A DNA stretch of 64,000 bases from Octopus vulgaris (taxonomy: Eukaryota): contig OX597832.1 in assembly GCA_951406725.2 (NCBI GenBank), positions 63,488,001-63,552,000 on the forward strand, given 5' to 3'. Positions 26,505-40,673 of the stretch are shown piece by piece. Numbering within the stretch: the first letter of the stretch is position 1; each line of letters starts with the position of its first letter. The position numbers and the translations under genes were made by a program. Under the pieces are notes generated by a model, which was not told the origin of the DNA, did not search any database, and saw only the letters and a program-made list of their open reading frames with translations.

Positions 26505-28153
26505 CTGAAATAAGAAAAGGATGCAATTTAAATAATGCTCAGAAACATTAATCTTTTCTACTATACACACAAGGCCAGAAATTTTGGGGGAATGGGCAAG
26601 TCAATTACATCAACCCCAGTACTTAACTGGTACTTAATTTATCGACCCCAAAAGGATGAAAGGCAAAGTCGACCTCGGTGGAATTTGAACTCAGAACAAA
26701 ATACTGGCAGATGAAATACCGCTAAGCATTTCACCCAGCATGCTAACAATTCTGCCAGCTTGCCACTCTGCACAGAAACACAACATAAACCAACTAAATC
26801 ATTCTTAAAAACTGGTTTGCAACCAAATAAAATACAGAAAATTGAGTGGTCACTCTCAGATAATCTAAATCCATTTTACATATCTGAATAGATTATATTT
26901 GTGTGCATTTTAAATCCCCAGTGGACGTTTTATGACAATCTTAGTGTTTGTAAAGTGGTGGCCTCCAAATTGATGCTGCACTGTGACCAAAATATTAAAC
27001 TCTCAAATACCCAAGAAAAAATATGATAATTATCATCATCATCATTATTGTTTTAATGTCCACTTTCCCATGCTTGCAAGGGGTGGACAGATTTTATTGG
27101 TGCAGATTTTCTACAGCCAGATGCCCTTCCTGATGTTAGCCCTCACCTATTTCCAAGGAACGTAATATTCCTCCATGGCCAGGCATGTTTATGCAGAAGA
27201 TTGTAAATGAAGGACACTGCTTGTATGACGGTGATGCTCATTTACAATGATCACATAATGCCAAGACAAAGACACACACAAATACAGCTGATGCCAGTGT
27301 TTCATAACTGGCACATAAAGAGCACCCACTACACATTTGGAGTGGTTGACATCAGGAAGAGCATTCAGCTGCAGAAACCATACCAAATCAAATTGGAACC
27401 TGGTGCAGCTCTCTAGCTTACCAGTTTTCAGTCAAACCATCCAACCCATGCCAGCATGGAAAATGGACACTAAATGATGATGATGATGACAAACACATGC
27501 ACACACACATACATGTATGTATGTAGTACATACACAAACACACACACTTCTTTCAGTTTCTGTCTACCAAATCCACTCACAAAGCTTTATAATCAAATTA
27601 TGGTGCAAGACAAATAAGTCTCATTTGGACTTTAGAAAATTATATGTAAACTGAGCCCCACGGGTGTTACTGGTACAGAATAAAAACTACTATCTTTGAG
27701 CCATTGGTATTTAGATTGCTCCCACCCAGCTGTTATAAAAACTAAAATGCCATTAAATCAATTCTGCTACACCCAACATTAAGAATGCATTTCTTCCAAC
27801 AGAAGCCTTCTCCAAAACATCACAATCCAAATCCTCAAACAACATAAGTTCCTTATATTTTACAAATTTGATTAATGACATAATACCATTCAAAACAGGA
27901 AAACTCACAAAATCACATTTAAAATGACGCTTTCCCTTGGTTTAATTTCTTTCAAGTGTTTTATATGAAAGTAGGGACACATTTAACATTATTTGTAACA
28001 TGAATACAGAAGCATTTAAATGGGGGCACGTTTCATACCCTAAATCTTTGTACCCTACACACAAGACTAACTCTAGATGACCATAATTAAAAACAATCTT
28101 TAGTACTAATGAATGAAGTCCCAAACCATATTTACAAAACATTCATCTCTTAC

Positions 28154-28203
28154 CTTAACCATGAATGTAAAATCCGTCAAAGCTGGTGAATAAACAGCAC
28201 CAC
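28154..28203 (-). CDS. PCCB: PCCB exon 7
   Basis: ttttag|(G)GAVYSPALTDFTFMVK|gtaaga; 50 nt, phase 1/0. Confidence 0.96.
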
Positions 28204-28470
28204 CTAAAATATTGATGGAAAAAAAAATCAAAAATGTAACAAAGGATATCATGGATATAAAAGATATAAAAGAGAGGAAATTCTCATATACACAAGGCAC
28301 TTTTATGCCAGTCAAGCATAACCCATCCCCTGTTATACATCTATAGCAGTGGAGCTAGATCACCTGAACACATCAGTTAATATATTTAACACCTACACTA
28401 TTCAACCTTTTAATAATTCTATTTGATTATAGCCAATATGTTGGTTGGGTGACTTTCAAAGTCACCGTTT

Positions 28471-28605
28471 ACATACATACATACAGACAGACAGGCATAC
28501 AGACGGACAGACAGAGAAGCATACATACATACAGACAGACAGAGAGGCATACATACATACAGACAGACAGAGAGGCATACATACATACAGACAGAGAGAG
28601 AGAGA
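28471..28605. repeat. Compound (ACAT)n/(ACAG)n/(AG)n microsatellite
   Basis: Direct reading of the sequence. Confidence 0.9.
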
Positions 28606-30614
28606 TCGCAAGGGAGGTGGAGTAAAAGAAAGAGATAGAGCGCAAGGGAGATGGAGTAAAAGAAAGAGAGAGAGAGAGAAAATTACCAAGAGAGGTACAG
28701 GATGAGTATAATAACTTTCTGAAAAATACACAACTTTGATGAAATTTTGTAGTGACAGGTTTTTGATGGAGTAGATTGTGATTACATTGATAAAGTTTAG
28801 AAAAATGACATATATTTATTGCAGGTACATAAATAAGAAACTAATTTTGAAGTAATAACCATTTTCCTTTGGAAAATTAGTATTTATTTCATCATTTTGT
28901 TTAAGCACCAAGAAATTTTAAGTTGAATTATAATTATTACATGTCTTGTTATTGTTTTAACATCCACTTTTCCAGGCTTGCATGGGTCAGATGGAATTTG
29001 TCGCAGCTGGATGCCCTCCCTCCGGTGAACCCTCACCCATTTTCAAAAAGGGTAATATATACTCATGGCTAGACATATTTTCATAGAAGACTGGAAACAA
29101 ACGGCACTGCTTGAACACCATTGACACTCACAGCTATCATGTGATGTCAAGGCAAGGAGACAATAACACACATGTGACAGGCTTCTTCCAGTTTCCACCT
29201 ACCAAATCAACTCACAAGGGTTTTGGTTGATCCAAAGCCATAGTAAAAGACACTTGTGCAAGGAGCCATGCAGTGGGATTGAACCTGAAACCATTTGGTT
29301 GGGAACCAAACTTCTTACCACACAGCCACACCTGCTTCTCTACACCATTGCTATCAATGATTTCTTACACTGTGACACAAGGCAAAAACTTAGGGGATCC
29401 CCATTAAAAGTAGAGCCCCAAAGCTTTTTTACATTCAATGTATCTCAATGATTTGATTCCCTTTATATACAGCTGCAGATACTCCTGCTACTCACATCAA
29501 GCGATGCCTTTTCAACACTACCAGTTGATACCTTTAGCTTTGTTACAAGCATTCAGACCAGACCCCACCTCATTTTCAATTCCTGAGCCATGTTTTTACT
29601 ATAGATGTTTAGGATTGACTTCAACCACATCTATCTCACCAATCCTGCAAAGGCTATGGATACAATTCCCCAAAACCATCCTCTGACAAATTCATATATA
29701 AAAACAAAAAGTTTAATGCATAACCAATATATAACAATCAATCCATATATATTACTGGTACTTTATAAACATCAGATTGGGATCAAAAGATGTCGACTCC
29801 AAAACAAACTGGTATCAGAAAGAAAGAAGTGGTAATTCTGTTCTATATTATATTCATAATTTCAACTTAGAATAATAATGTACTAACATAGGATTATGTA
29901 AAGTATCCAGCTCAACATATATTTTAGTCTTCTATTATCACTCTATTCACATCCAAAATGTTTAACAGCAATATCAAGCCAATAATAATATTTAATAAAT
30001 AAGTAGGGTAAAATGTAAAGCTGACATTTACAGGAATATCAAGGCATGTAAAAAGCACCAACCAATCGTGACCGATGCTAGTATCCCTGACTGGCTCCTG
30101 TGCCGGTGGGACATAAAAAGCACCATCCAAACATGATCACTGCCAGGCCTGCCTCACTGGCTCCTGTGCTGGTGGGACTTAAAAAGCACCCACTACACTC
30201 TCGGAGTGGTTGGTGTTAGGAAGGGCATCCAGCTGTAGAAACTTTGCCAGATCAGATTGGAACCTGGTGCAGCCGCTGGCTCTCAAGACCTCAGTCAAAC
30301 CGTCCAACTCATGCTAGCATGGAAAACAGACACATGATGATGATGATGATGATGAAAACTAAATGCTGCAAATACTGCCCAATGCATTGATACTTTTGCC
30401 AATGGTTTTTACCAAATTCCTACCTTAGCAGTAAAGCAATAAAGCTCTTTAAACCAAATATTTATTAAGTTTTAGACATCCACTATTACAGAATATTTTC
30501 CCACTTTAGAGTGATGAAAGGCCAAATCAACAAGGTAGAATTTGAACTCATAATTCTAAAGTTGTTCATTCATCACATAAACAAACCACTAATTATTTAA
30601 GAACATAAACTTAC

Positions 30615-30675
30615 CAGCACAAGGTCCCATGATAACTGATATCTGTGGAATAACACCTGATGCCATCACATTTCT
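30615..30675 (-). CDS. PCCB: PCCB exon 6
   Basis: ttacag|RNVMASGVIPQISVIMGPCA(G)|gtaagt; 61 nt, ends in phase 1. Confidence 0.96.
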
Positions 30676-31225
30676 CTGTAAGGATGAATAAGTAAATGGG
30701 TCACAATACAACATAAAAGAAATACACAGATAGGATTCATTCCATCCCTTAACATTTTCAGCTGTGTAAAAGAACTTCAGATGAAGTAAAGCACTCGACA
30801 GATTTCACAAAGTAAATGTTCAGACGATTATCATCATTTAACGTCTATTTTCCATGCTGGCATGGGTCAGATAGATTGGCTTGCAAGCTGTACCAGGTTC
30901 CAGTCGACAGCTTTGGTTTGGTTTCTACAACTGGATGCCATTCCTAATGCCAACCCCTTCACATAGTGTATTGGGTGCTTCTTATGTGACACCAGCATGA
31001 ATGCTTCTCACGTGGCACAGGTGTTTCATACATGGCACCATCATGGATGCTTGTTATGCAATGCCAGCACAGGTACTTGATACATGGCACTGGAACAGGT
31101 CCTGGCTACATGGCGCCAGCATGGGTGTTTTTTATGTGGAACTAGCACTAACATACATTTAGCATTTCAGGAGGGAATTCTTTAGCCCTTTTATTACCAT
31201 ATTTCTATAAAAATACACTGCTTTT

Positions 31226-31610
31226 CACATTATTTACATTTGACAGATATTTGTCCTCATCTTGTTTGTTGTTAACATGTTTCAGCTGATATACCCTCCA
31301 GCTTTCATCAAGTGTCCTGGGGAAATTTCAAACTTGGGTTCTCATTCCTAAGGTATTTTTCAATATTATTATTATTATTATTATTATTCAGGTCACTGCC
31401 TGGAATCGAACTCAGAATCTTGGGGTTAGTATCCCACGCTCTTAACCACTACACCATATGAACAGGTTCAAAATTTCCTCAAGACACCTGATGAAGGCGA
31501 GACGGTATATCAGCTGAAACGTTGTGTTAACAACAAACAAGATGAGGACAAATACCCGTCAAGTGTAAATAATGTACATAATCCCTCATCTCTTAAATAT
31601 AGAACTGTAT
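31226..31610 (-). mobile_element. Fold-back hammerhead/tRNA element, copy 2, with 12-bp target-site duplication
   Basis: Same arms and tRNA-like core (31391-31460). TSD tacactgctttt at 31214-31225 and 31611-31622. Plus-strand hammerhead core at 31483-31528. Confidence 0.8.
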
Positions 31611-33162
31611 TACACTGCTTTTGTTTCAATTAACTTTGAAAATAAAAATTAGCAAATAAAAGTCATTAATTAATCTGTTGGAAAATAAATTAACATAAAA
31701 TTTTGATGGAAAGTTTTAATTTAGATGATTATAAAACAGTGTATTGGTATCCTAGAACTAGGAGCAATGTCTGGTGGGTTGGTATTAAAAGGGTTAATCT
31801 TACAGCAGACAACCCTGTTAATGCCAGTGGAATGGTTAAAATGCATTCTGTCCAAACCGCAAAGTATTTGCATTTGGCAACAGTAAGGGCATCCGGGCAT
31901 AGAAACCATGTCGGAACTTAAATATATGCAACAACAAAGATTGGTAGTTTTATTTTGTGGACCTAATAACAAAGGATTGCAACAAGGGGTGAAACCCATC
32001 CAAACCAAACAAACATAGAACAGACATAAAATGGCAAGTTTAGTAAATTAGCCTTGCCAATTACAACAACCAGATGAATCTAACAATAATACATATGGGT
32101 AATCAGTCACTGTCAAGTACTTTGTAAATCATCGAGATATAATTTAAGAGAAGTCTGTGTAAAAATGAAAAATTTGTAGGATGAAAGAGTGAAATACAGT
32201 TTACATCTACCAGATCCACTTATAATGCTTTGGCTAGCACAGGGTTTATAGTAGAAGATACTTGCCCAAAGTGCCATGTAGTGGGTCAGAATCCAAAGCC
32301 ATATGGCTGGAGAGCAAACATCTTAACTATTCGGCCACGCTTGCTCCTAGTGGAAATGAAATCGTTTTGATAGTTTTTGACAATTGTATATTGTTGGAAG
32401 AAATCCTTGCTCACAGCGATTTATTCAATTGTCAAGTTTAACTTCAAGAGGCGAGTCTGAAAGATCTAAGAGGAGTTACGTCCCTTACATAGGAGCTGCA
32501 AGAACAGCTAAAATATGTTTTAATTTCAAAGTTAATTATATATTTATCTTAAAGGATGAAGTAAAAGAAAAACAAAGCCAGGAAGTTCAGAATTTTCACC
32601 TGATAAAGACAACAGAGACTGTGCTAGCCTGTAGCACAAACATATATATGTGGCCACATGGAAGGCCGTAAGGTAAAGCAGGCCAAATACACTGGACAAG
32701 AACACATGGAGAGAAACAATGTAAGAAAAGAATTTCTCTCTTGCTCTCTTTCTCTCAATCGTTCCTTTCTATTAAAAAAAACCCATTAACTTCAACTCTT
32801 AATTGGCTTCAGGTGGACTAGTTTAAAAATCTAAGAAAAAAAATTTTAATCCTGAATTAATCTGTGCTAATGAGGCTTAATAAAGCTGAAATGGGACTAC
32901 ACATGGATATTCTGATAATAAAGGATCTTATGATAAAATATGTATGCTCTTCTCTTTCCTCCCATTTCCTTCCACTGAGAGAGGGAAAAAAAAAGAACAA
33001 AGGAACTTGCCAACTTAAAAACTAGTAAAAAAGATAAAAGCAAGCAGCAAGCACATAGATTATAACATGGATAATAAACTTTAATCTTTTGAGATATGAA
33101 GAAGTCATGCAATACCTTAAGAATAGACCGCACTGTGCCTTGTTATAAAATATGGATATATA

Positions 33163-33629
33163 CTAGCTGGCCCCATGTCATCAAAAATGACAGCTAATCG
33201 TATTATTTTATATTTAAATAAGGACAAAAGATAGAATATGGATGGTAAATAAAATTAATACACTTGTCAATGTCATCTAGGGTTTGTCTTTTAAGATGTG
33301 ACATCAATCATCATTTGTTACTGAAAGAACACTGGTTCACATACTTCTCTTGTACACGCACACACATACACTTACACAGAGTTGAAACGCTGTTTCATTT
33401 TCTTTATCAGCGTTCAATGTTCACCATCCTCACTTCCATTGCACACACACACACAACCATTCACATAATACCTCCCTTTTACATACACAGACATATATTC
33501 AGAGTTGAAACACAGTTTTGATTTTTTTTTTTTTTCCATCGTAGAATTTCCATCATGTTTGCCATCACCACTTCCTTTCTCATTCATAAGTTGTGACAGA
33601 GAAACACACAAGAGTATTATTAGAGTATA
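33163..33629 (-). mobile_element. Non-autonomous Helitron, second copy
   Basis: The reverse complement shares the internal sequence and GGGGCCAGCTAG|T end with 57846-58258. Confidence 0.72.
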
Positions 33630-33683
33630 TGAAGCAGTTCAAGAGAAACAGAAAGGGAAGAAGAGAAGAGGAACTAAGAATTA

Positions 33684-33821
<138 letters not shown>

Positions 33822-34382
33822 CTATAAAAAATAAAAATGTACAAATGCAGAAAAGAATAAATAAAATGGTACCCGACTATAATCACAGTCTAATGACTAG
33901 AACCAGTAAAAGAATACATTGAATTAGAACAATCAATAATTTGCTTTTTGTTTTTGTTTGTGTGTGTGTTTGTCCCACCACCACCATTGGTTAGCTCACC
34001 AATTCTTTCTGTTTCTACATCTTTCTTTAGTACATTTGCATAAATTGGTATGGGACACCCTTTCCTTCAATGCCTGTATGTTAGCTCCAATATCACCAGC
34101 TGGCTGGCCGAGAGCTCCACTGCATCTGGTAATGACCAACCAACCTCAATCTGCTGACTTCTTGTGTTTGATGTTAAGCATTGCACGAGGTATTTTGGTG
34201 TAGTATGATTCCTAAAACTTCTGCAGTACAGACTTCAGAGTTCAGAATTCACAGCCACAAAGTAGAACAGATTCTACAGTTACATAAAAGAAGCCGACCT
34301 CAACCAATATTCCTGGAAGTCTGGAGAAAAACCATAAAATACTAAAAAAACAGATTTCTAACAATTAATTATCATTACTTAC

Positions 34383-34439
34383 CTTACAGACCTTTTTGGC
34401 ATGAGCCCCAGATAAGCTGCCTCCAAATACTGTAAAGTC
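34383..34439 (-). CDS. PCCB: PCCB exon 4
   Basis: tttcag|[19 protein letters not shown]|gtaagt; 57 nt. Confidence 0.96.
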
Positions 34440-34994
34440 CTGAAAGCATAAATTGTTTACAAACATGGTGAGCAATATAGAGAAAATGGTCAGCTTCTAG
34501 TTAGATTTATATGATGGGGCTTCAGTCCCGAAATAATATCAATTCATTTCCCTTCACTTATATTGTTAATGTCCTCAATTTTCTTCCCTTGCTCTACATA
34601 AGAACTTCATATTTTACAACTGTTGATAAAATATATCCCACCATCAGCTATAATAATCTTAAATACCCATTTCTTAACTTCAGATTTAGTAATATTAAGC
34701 AAATGAGGGATAATCTCCCCTTGGCTATCTAACACAGACTACATTTTATTTCCCTTTTTATGCCTTAGAAAAGGAAGGACAGTATTCACGACCATTTTGT
34801 AAATCCTCCAAGAATAGTAAAAAAAAAGAAAAGTTACTCTAACTGAAGATCTAGACCAACTGCTAGCAACAGGATTAAATCTACCATTCAATTAGAAATC
34901 CATTTCTTAAAACAGTAATCAGTGTATGGGAGACTTAAATGTTTAGATTACTGACGTATATATTTGTTAGTTAATACAAATACAAGCTACTCAC

Positions 34995-35063
34995 CTGGCT
35001 AAATATAAATACTTGTTGACCAAATATTTTCCCTCTACCTGTAATAACACTGTCACCAGGATA
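34995..35063 (-). CDS. PCCB: PCCB exon 3
   Basis: ttccag|YPGDSVITGRGKIFGQQVFIFSQ|gtgagt; 69 nt. Confidence 0.96.
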
Positions 35064-36234
35064 CTGGAAAATAAAACCAACAGTTTTGTTATACACCAAA
35101 ATGTACTGTAATAAAAAAAAACTGCTTATTGATTAATTTGGAGTATGTAAATTTTACTAAAAGAAAGCAATTATTAAAGTCTACACTCTCTGGAAAATTG
35201 TTATAAATTCAAATTTTAAAATTTTTTGTTTTTAATCAAAATGTTGATTTTCAAGTTTTTGTTATTGAAGATTACATGATTCAATCACAAAACTAATTTT
35301 TAGTCATTGCAACATAGCTTACAGTGAAAGAGCATTTTTTAATGTCTCTGTTTATATTTCTGGAAACATAAAGGTTGCCTAATCTCTACAGACATATCAG
35401 TAAAAACATTTCTCTAAATTATAAGTTTAATCCAGCATCAGCCAAATTATGTTGAATTCCAGAGTCCTTTCATACTTGCTAGGTGACGTTGAAGAAATAG
35501 AAAACTGAATAAGTGATTTTAATTTACTTATGTCAATTGTACCAAATATAAACTTGTGCCATTTTCTCTCCAGTAAAGTAATTGATTGATCATCATCATC
35601 ATTTAATGTCCATTGTCCCTGCTGGTATGGGTTGGACAGTTTGAGTGGGCTGGCACATTGGAAGACTGTGCCAGAATCCAATCTGATTTGCATGGTTTTC
35701 TACGACTGGATGCCCTTTCTAATGTCAACCATTCCAAGAGTATAATGGATGCTTTTATGTGCTACCGGTACGGGTGCCATTTGCATGACACTGGTATCTG
35801 CCATGATTGCAATTTTGCTCAGCTTGATGAGTCTTCTACTCAAGCATGACATAATGCCAAAGATCTTGGTCATTGCATCCATGAGGCCCAACACTCAAAA
35901 GGAACTTGGCCACTTTGCCTTCTTAAGGCCCAATGCTTGAAAGCCACCTCGCTTCCGTGAGGCCCGCTTGAAAGGAACTTAGCCACCTCACCTCCATGAG
36001 GTCCAACACTGGTAAGTAACTCAGCCACTTTGCCTCTGTGAGACCCAAAAGAATAACCATTATTGCTGGAGATAAATTCTTAGTGTCTTTGAATGCTTGA
36101 TATTATTCTAAATCTATTTCCTAAGTGAATGAATAAAGAATACAAAAGGAAATCAAACATAACATCAAAAAAATTGGGAATTAGCTATAAAGCATCCATT
36201 CGTTTCTTTGATGTCTATTTTCCTGTATTATTAC

Positions 36235-36348
36235 CTTTTCTTTCTCCATTCCAAAGTCAATACAGCTATGCTCCAAGAACTGATCATATTCAACAAAAGA
36301 ACCAGGATCAAGTAAGACGTGGATTCTTTGACGAGCTGTTAATTTACC
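36235..36348 (-). CDS. PCCB: PCCB exon 2
   Basis: ccgcag|[38 protein letters not shown]|gtaata; 114 nt, phase 0/0. Confidence 0.96.
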
Positions 36349-36450
36349 CTGCGGAGAAAAACAAAATACAGAAAATATATTAAGCTGAAATGAATTTATA
36401 AATAGAAATATCATTATTTCTAAATCTCTCGAAAAGAGATATTCAGTAAC

Positions 36451-36655
36451 ATTTGCCAACATGTGGATGTCCTGTCAGGGGTCACTACTACTGTTGTTTA
36501 GCCCCAGGATGTGCTGGATGGGAGTGCTGAACTCCCTGTTCGAAAATATAAGGGCACAGATATTGTGTCGTATAACCAGCTGGAAATGATGTTTCCTGGG
36601 GTTGACCAACAGTAGTAGTCGTCCCTTCCAGGACAGCCACATTATGTCGGCAAAT
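36451..36655. mobile_element. Hairpin MITE with about 58-bp imperfect TIRs
   Basis: ATTTGCCAACAT..CCCCAGGA / TCCTGGGG..ATGTCGGCAAAT. A partial related copy lies at 25255-25400. Confidence 0.75.
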
Positions 36656-38021
36656 AGAATTTATAAACGTTTTTAAAATATGAACTAAAATTTAATTTTA
36701 TTGTTTTTTAATTTCTTTGAAGTAAGGGGAAAAAACCTCAGCCAAGTTTTGTTAGAGTGATTATAAGGGGTGGTTTAAAACAACGTAAAGTAATATTTTG
36801 TAATCATAAAGTTCAGGATTAAAAAGAAAGCATCCCTCTGATTAGCAAATCCACACAATTTAAAAATCTTTATTCAGTCAAGAGTCATAGACAATCAAGC
36901 TGCTGTTTAGGTACCAAACTAGCAACTAACAGTTTATACCCAGTCATTAATGAGGGTTTTTTTTTGGTTTTTTATTAATGCTTTTATCTTTTTCTACAGA
37001 TACTCCCACATCATCATCATCATTTAACAACTGCTTTCCATGCTGGCATGGGTTGGACAGTTTGATGGAGATCTGGCAAGACAGTGGGCTTCAATCTGAT
37101 CTGGCAATTTTTCTACAAGTGGATGCCCTTCCTAACACCAACCACTCTGAGAGTATAGTGGGTGCCTTTTGCATGCCACCAGCATGGGAGCCAGTCAGGT
37201 AGTACCAGTCACAGCTATGATTTTGATTTTATATGACTCAACAGGTCTTTTCAAGCATATCATATCACCCAACGCTTCAAGGGTACTTTTAAATGGGTCG
37301 ATCATGCAACACTGACATTGGCCCCTAGCTGCAGTCTCACTTCACCTGTCAGATCTTTTCAATCACAGCATATCTCCAAAGTTTTCAGCCTCTTGAAATG
37401 CAGGGTGGCCACGTATCTTCCCATTTGCTTGTCCCTGGCATAAAAATTTCCTCTCAAATACTCTCCCCACTTAGTCAAGAGAGCTTTTCCTTCTTGTTCT
37501 TATTTTGTAAGTTATGTGGCAACCTCACTAGTGCTGGTGGCATGAAAAAATGCACCCAGTATACACAACAAAGTGGTTGGCATTAGAAAGGGTATTCAGC
37601 TGTAGAAACCATGCTAAAGCTGACATGGAACATGACGCAGCATAGTGGCTGACCAGATCCCCTCAAACAATCTAACTCTTGCCAGTATGGAAAACAGTTG
37701 TTAAACGATGATGATGATAATGCCTTTATCCCAGTGTTTTTCATAAAGCCTGTAGGGTTCAAAAAGAGGCAGACAAATTGTCAGGTATAATAAAATTAAG
37801 ATAGTTTAAGACTTTTCCAACACCACAATGATGAAGGAAGGATTATAAGGATACAAGTCACCTTGTCTCCTCACTAAGAATTGGAAAGGCAGAAATTTCC
37901 TTAATATATCAGTGGGGGGTAAGGGTGGGGTGATATATGTCCCTTTGAGAACTGTTACCTTAATTAGAAAAGAAGGGATAGTGTCTATGCTCCTATCCAG
38001 AGCTTCCATGACAGGCTAGAG

Positions 38022-38562
38022 CAAGGGTCACCAAACTATTTTCACGGAGAACAGATAACTAAGAGAATGATGAGCATGGGCCACATAACCATTTTGTTCA
38101 GCACAATACAGTGAATACACAAAAAATAAAGACAACCAACATATTTATTTACCAAAAGGTTATCAAAGAAGGTGATGGATGTTAGCAATAAGATAGTTAT
38201 ATCACACCCAGTGCACACATATCCGAATCTCACAAACTAAGCAGCAAAAAAAGGTTTGTGAGGTTTGTGAAACTGGTGTTTAGCTTTTAAGATATCATCA
38301 ATATTTGCTTTGGAATTGTTGCATCCAACCAAGAGAATTGCTTTCAAATATTCAGTCAACCTCGTTTGATGTGCTGATTTCACATTCTTCATTATTCAAA
38401 ATGTTTGCTCACAGATGTAAGTTGTTCCAAACACTGATGCCATACCAAAGGTAAATGAACTCTCATTGCAGGTACTTACAAAATCGGTAGTGTGGTGACA
38501 GGCCAGATGAACTGACCTCATATGCTGGATCCAGCCCATGGACCATAGTTTGCTGACCCCAG
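38022..38562 (-). mobile_element. Internally deleted hAT (Charlie/SPIN-like) transposon
   Basis: TIRs CAAGGGTCACCAAACTA / TAGTTTGCTGACCCCAG; TSD ggctagag/agctagag. Minus-strand SVFGTTYICEQTF..MKNVKS..TRLT is a hAT dimerisation motif. Confidence 0.85.
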
Positions 38563-39857
38563 AGCTAGAGGAAGGTAGAAAGCTCTTATCAGACCAGAGG
38601 CCAGCATGAAATACAACAAAATAGACTCTGCTAAAAACTGAGTCTATTCTGAGAGCTAGGCAATGGTATTAAACCAGGTGATGGTTAAACATCTACAGCC
38701 AAAACATTTCATTCTCAATTTCCAGCAGCTATTTTAAATTTTCAATCAATTTACGTTAATTCAATTTATTATGTTGAAACTGAAGATAGCAGCTTTATTT
38801 ATACATCAAAATTTCACTGCACAATCCCCGTATAGTTTTTAAATCATGTATACTTTTGAGTTCTCCAAATCATCTGTACAGAGGGGACAGTTTATATTTC
38901 AAACGAATATGTACACAGATTTATATCTATATATTCAATAAACATGTATTTTGTCTTGTTGTGAAATTAGGCTTCAAAGTTAAGCCACAGGATTTTTCGC
39001 AGCCTGACATGAGGCTCAAACTGACTAGTTGAGTATTTAAAACTAATTAGGAATTATTTCTGGCATAATTTAATTGCTTGTTATCATATCAAATGAAAAT
39101 TATTATTTTTATAATCACATTGACTCCTGTTCCTCACACCCAACACGTTTGTGGAAATTCCTGAACAAGTTATCTCCCCTGTACCTACCATTTTTTCCAA
39201 TTCAATACCCCAGGCATTTTCAAGACACAAATATGCAGAGGAATATGGATACAAACAATTAAATCTATTCTTGTATATAACAGATAAAGAGCCCTTTGTG
39301 TGGTTGCTCGGCCTACTGGAAAGAGCATCAACCTTTCCTAAAATTATGTCATATCGATATAGAAAAAGAAATTATGTACGTCTTGTGCCTTAAGATGAGA
39401 TAATGATAGCTTGAACACTTTTGATCACAGGTAAGCTTGTTAAAGGCTGACTTGGGACTGAACAACAACAGGTAATTGAGTCCCTCAGCCAAAATGCTAA
39501 ATTCTAATCTCAGCTCAGCACAGGTATTAAAAGGCGTTTAATTCAAAATGCTACCATTTTTGCTTATTAACTGTCTCAAACCATCTTGAATAAATGAAGA
39601 CTTTATATAATGTAATACTAGATATGTTATTTGATAAGAGATGGGACAGTTTACAGCTGGAAAAGTTTGCTCAAAGGTTTACTAGATGAGAGCCTGTTAA
39701 TAACGACAACGCAGTTATTATTTCTGTGACTACTGAAGAGGAGAATCGTTAATGCATCTAACAAAATGCTTCGCAGCATCTCTTCTGACTCTATAGGTTC
39801 CAAGTTCAAACCGCTCTACTTTTAATATTCTAAAAAGTGAAGTCATTGAAGTGAATT

Positions 39858-39958
39858 GGTTTACTGGCGAAGGTGAAGAATACGCACACTCGGGGTTTAG
39901 GGTTAGGGTTACGCTGAAAACAGGTGGTGTGCGTATTCTTTACCTCTGCCGGTTTACC
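39858..39958. mobile_element. About 100-bp MITE-like inverted repeat containing TTAGGG repeats
   Basis: 32-bp imperfect arms (..AAGAATACGCACAC / GTGTGCGTATTCTT..) around GGGGTTTAGGGTTAGGGTTA. Confidence 0.65.
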
Positions 39959-39983
39959 TACAAGAGTGCACCGACCCCGCGCC

Positions 39984-40673
39984 CCGACTTCGTTTCCTTA
40001 TAACTTCCAGAAAAAAATGGATATTTATTATGAAATTTTCCACAAACACGCTTTAGATGGTTCAGATTACTATTATTATCAGGATTTGTTAGGAAAATAT
40101 TTTCCGAGCATGGAGATGAGAGGAGTTTCGGAAAATTCACGAGTCCGTTTTGTTTCCTAACTTGCAGGGGAAAATGAGTAATTTTTAAATAAAATTTTAT
40201 ACAATTATCATTCAAATGGTGTAGATTACGATCAATCGGAATTACATCGGAGTGGGGGTTGGCTCGCACACAAATGCAGACATCACATGTTCCTACAAAA
40301 TGAAACTTGAAATTTCGAAAACAATTGTGATGTGTCCCACAAAAAAAAATTGTGACTTGTGAAGTATATGTATGTGTCCAACAATTTTATTTTTCACATT
40401 AAATCCCGATACAATCGTAATGTGCATCATATAAACAGTATTTATAGAAAATTTCATTAAAACTTCCGATTTTTTTTTTTTTTTTTAAGTTATGAGGAAC
40501 AGAAACCGATTTGTGTGAATTTTCAGAAACTCCTCTCCCCACCCTAGGGAGGAAAAACATCTTTTTACAAAAAATTCCGATACAATCGGAATCTGAACCA
40601 CCAATAGCGAACTTGTAGAAAATTTCATTAAAAAATATCAAATTTTGTGGAAGTTATGAGGAAACAAAGTCGG
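39984..40673. repeat. Degenerate fold-back element with arms built from tandem subunits
   Basis: 39984-40245 is a diverged reverse complement of 40400-40673. Each arm repeats a unit of about 170 bp. Confidence 0.65.
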
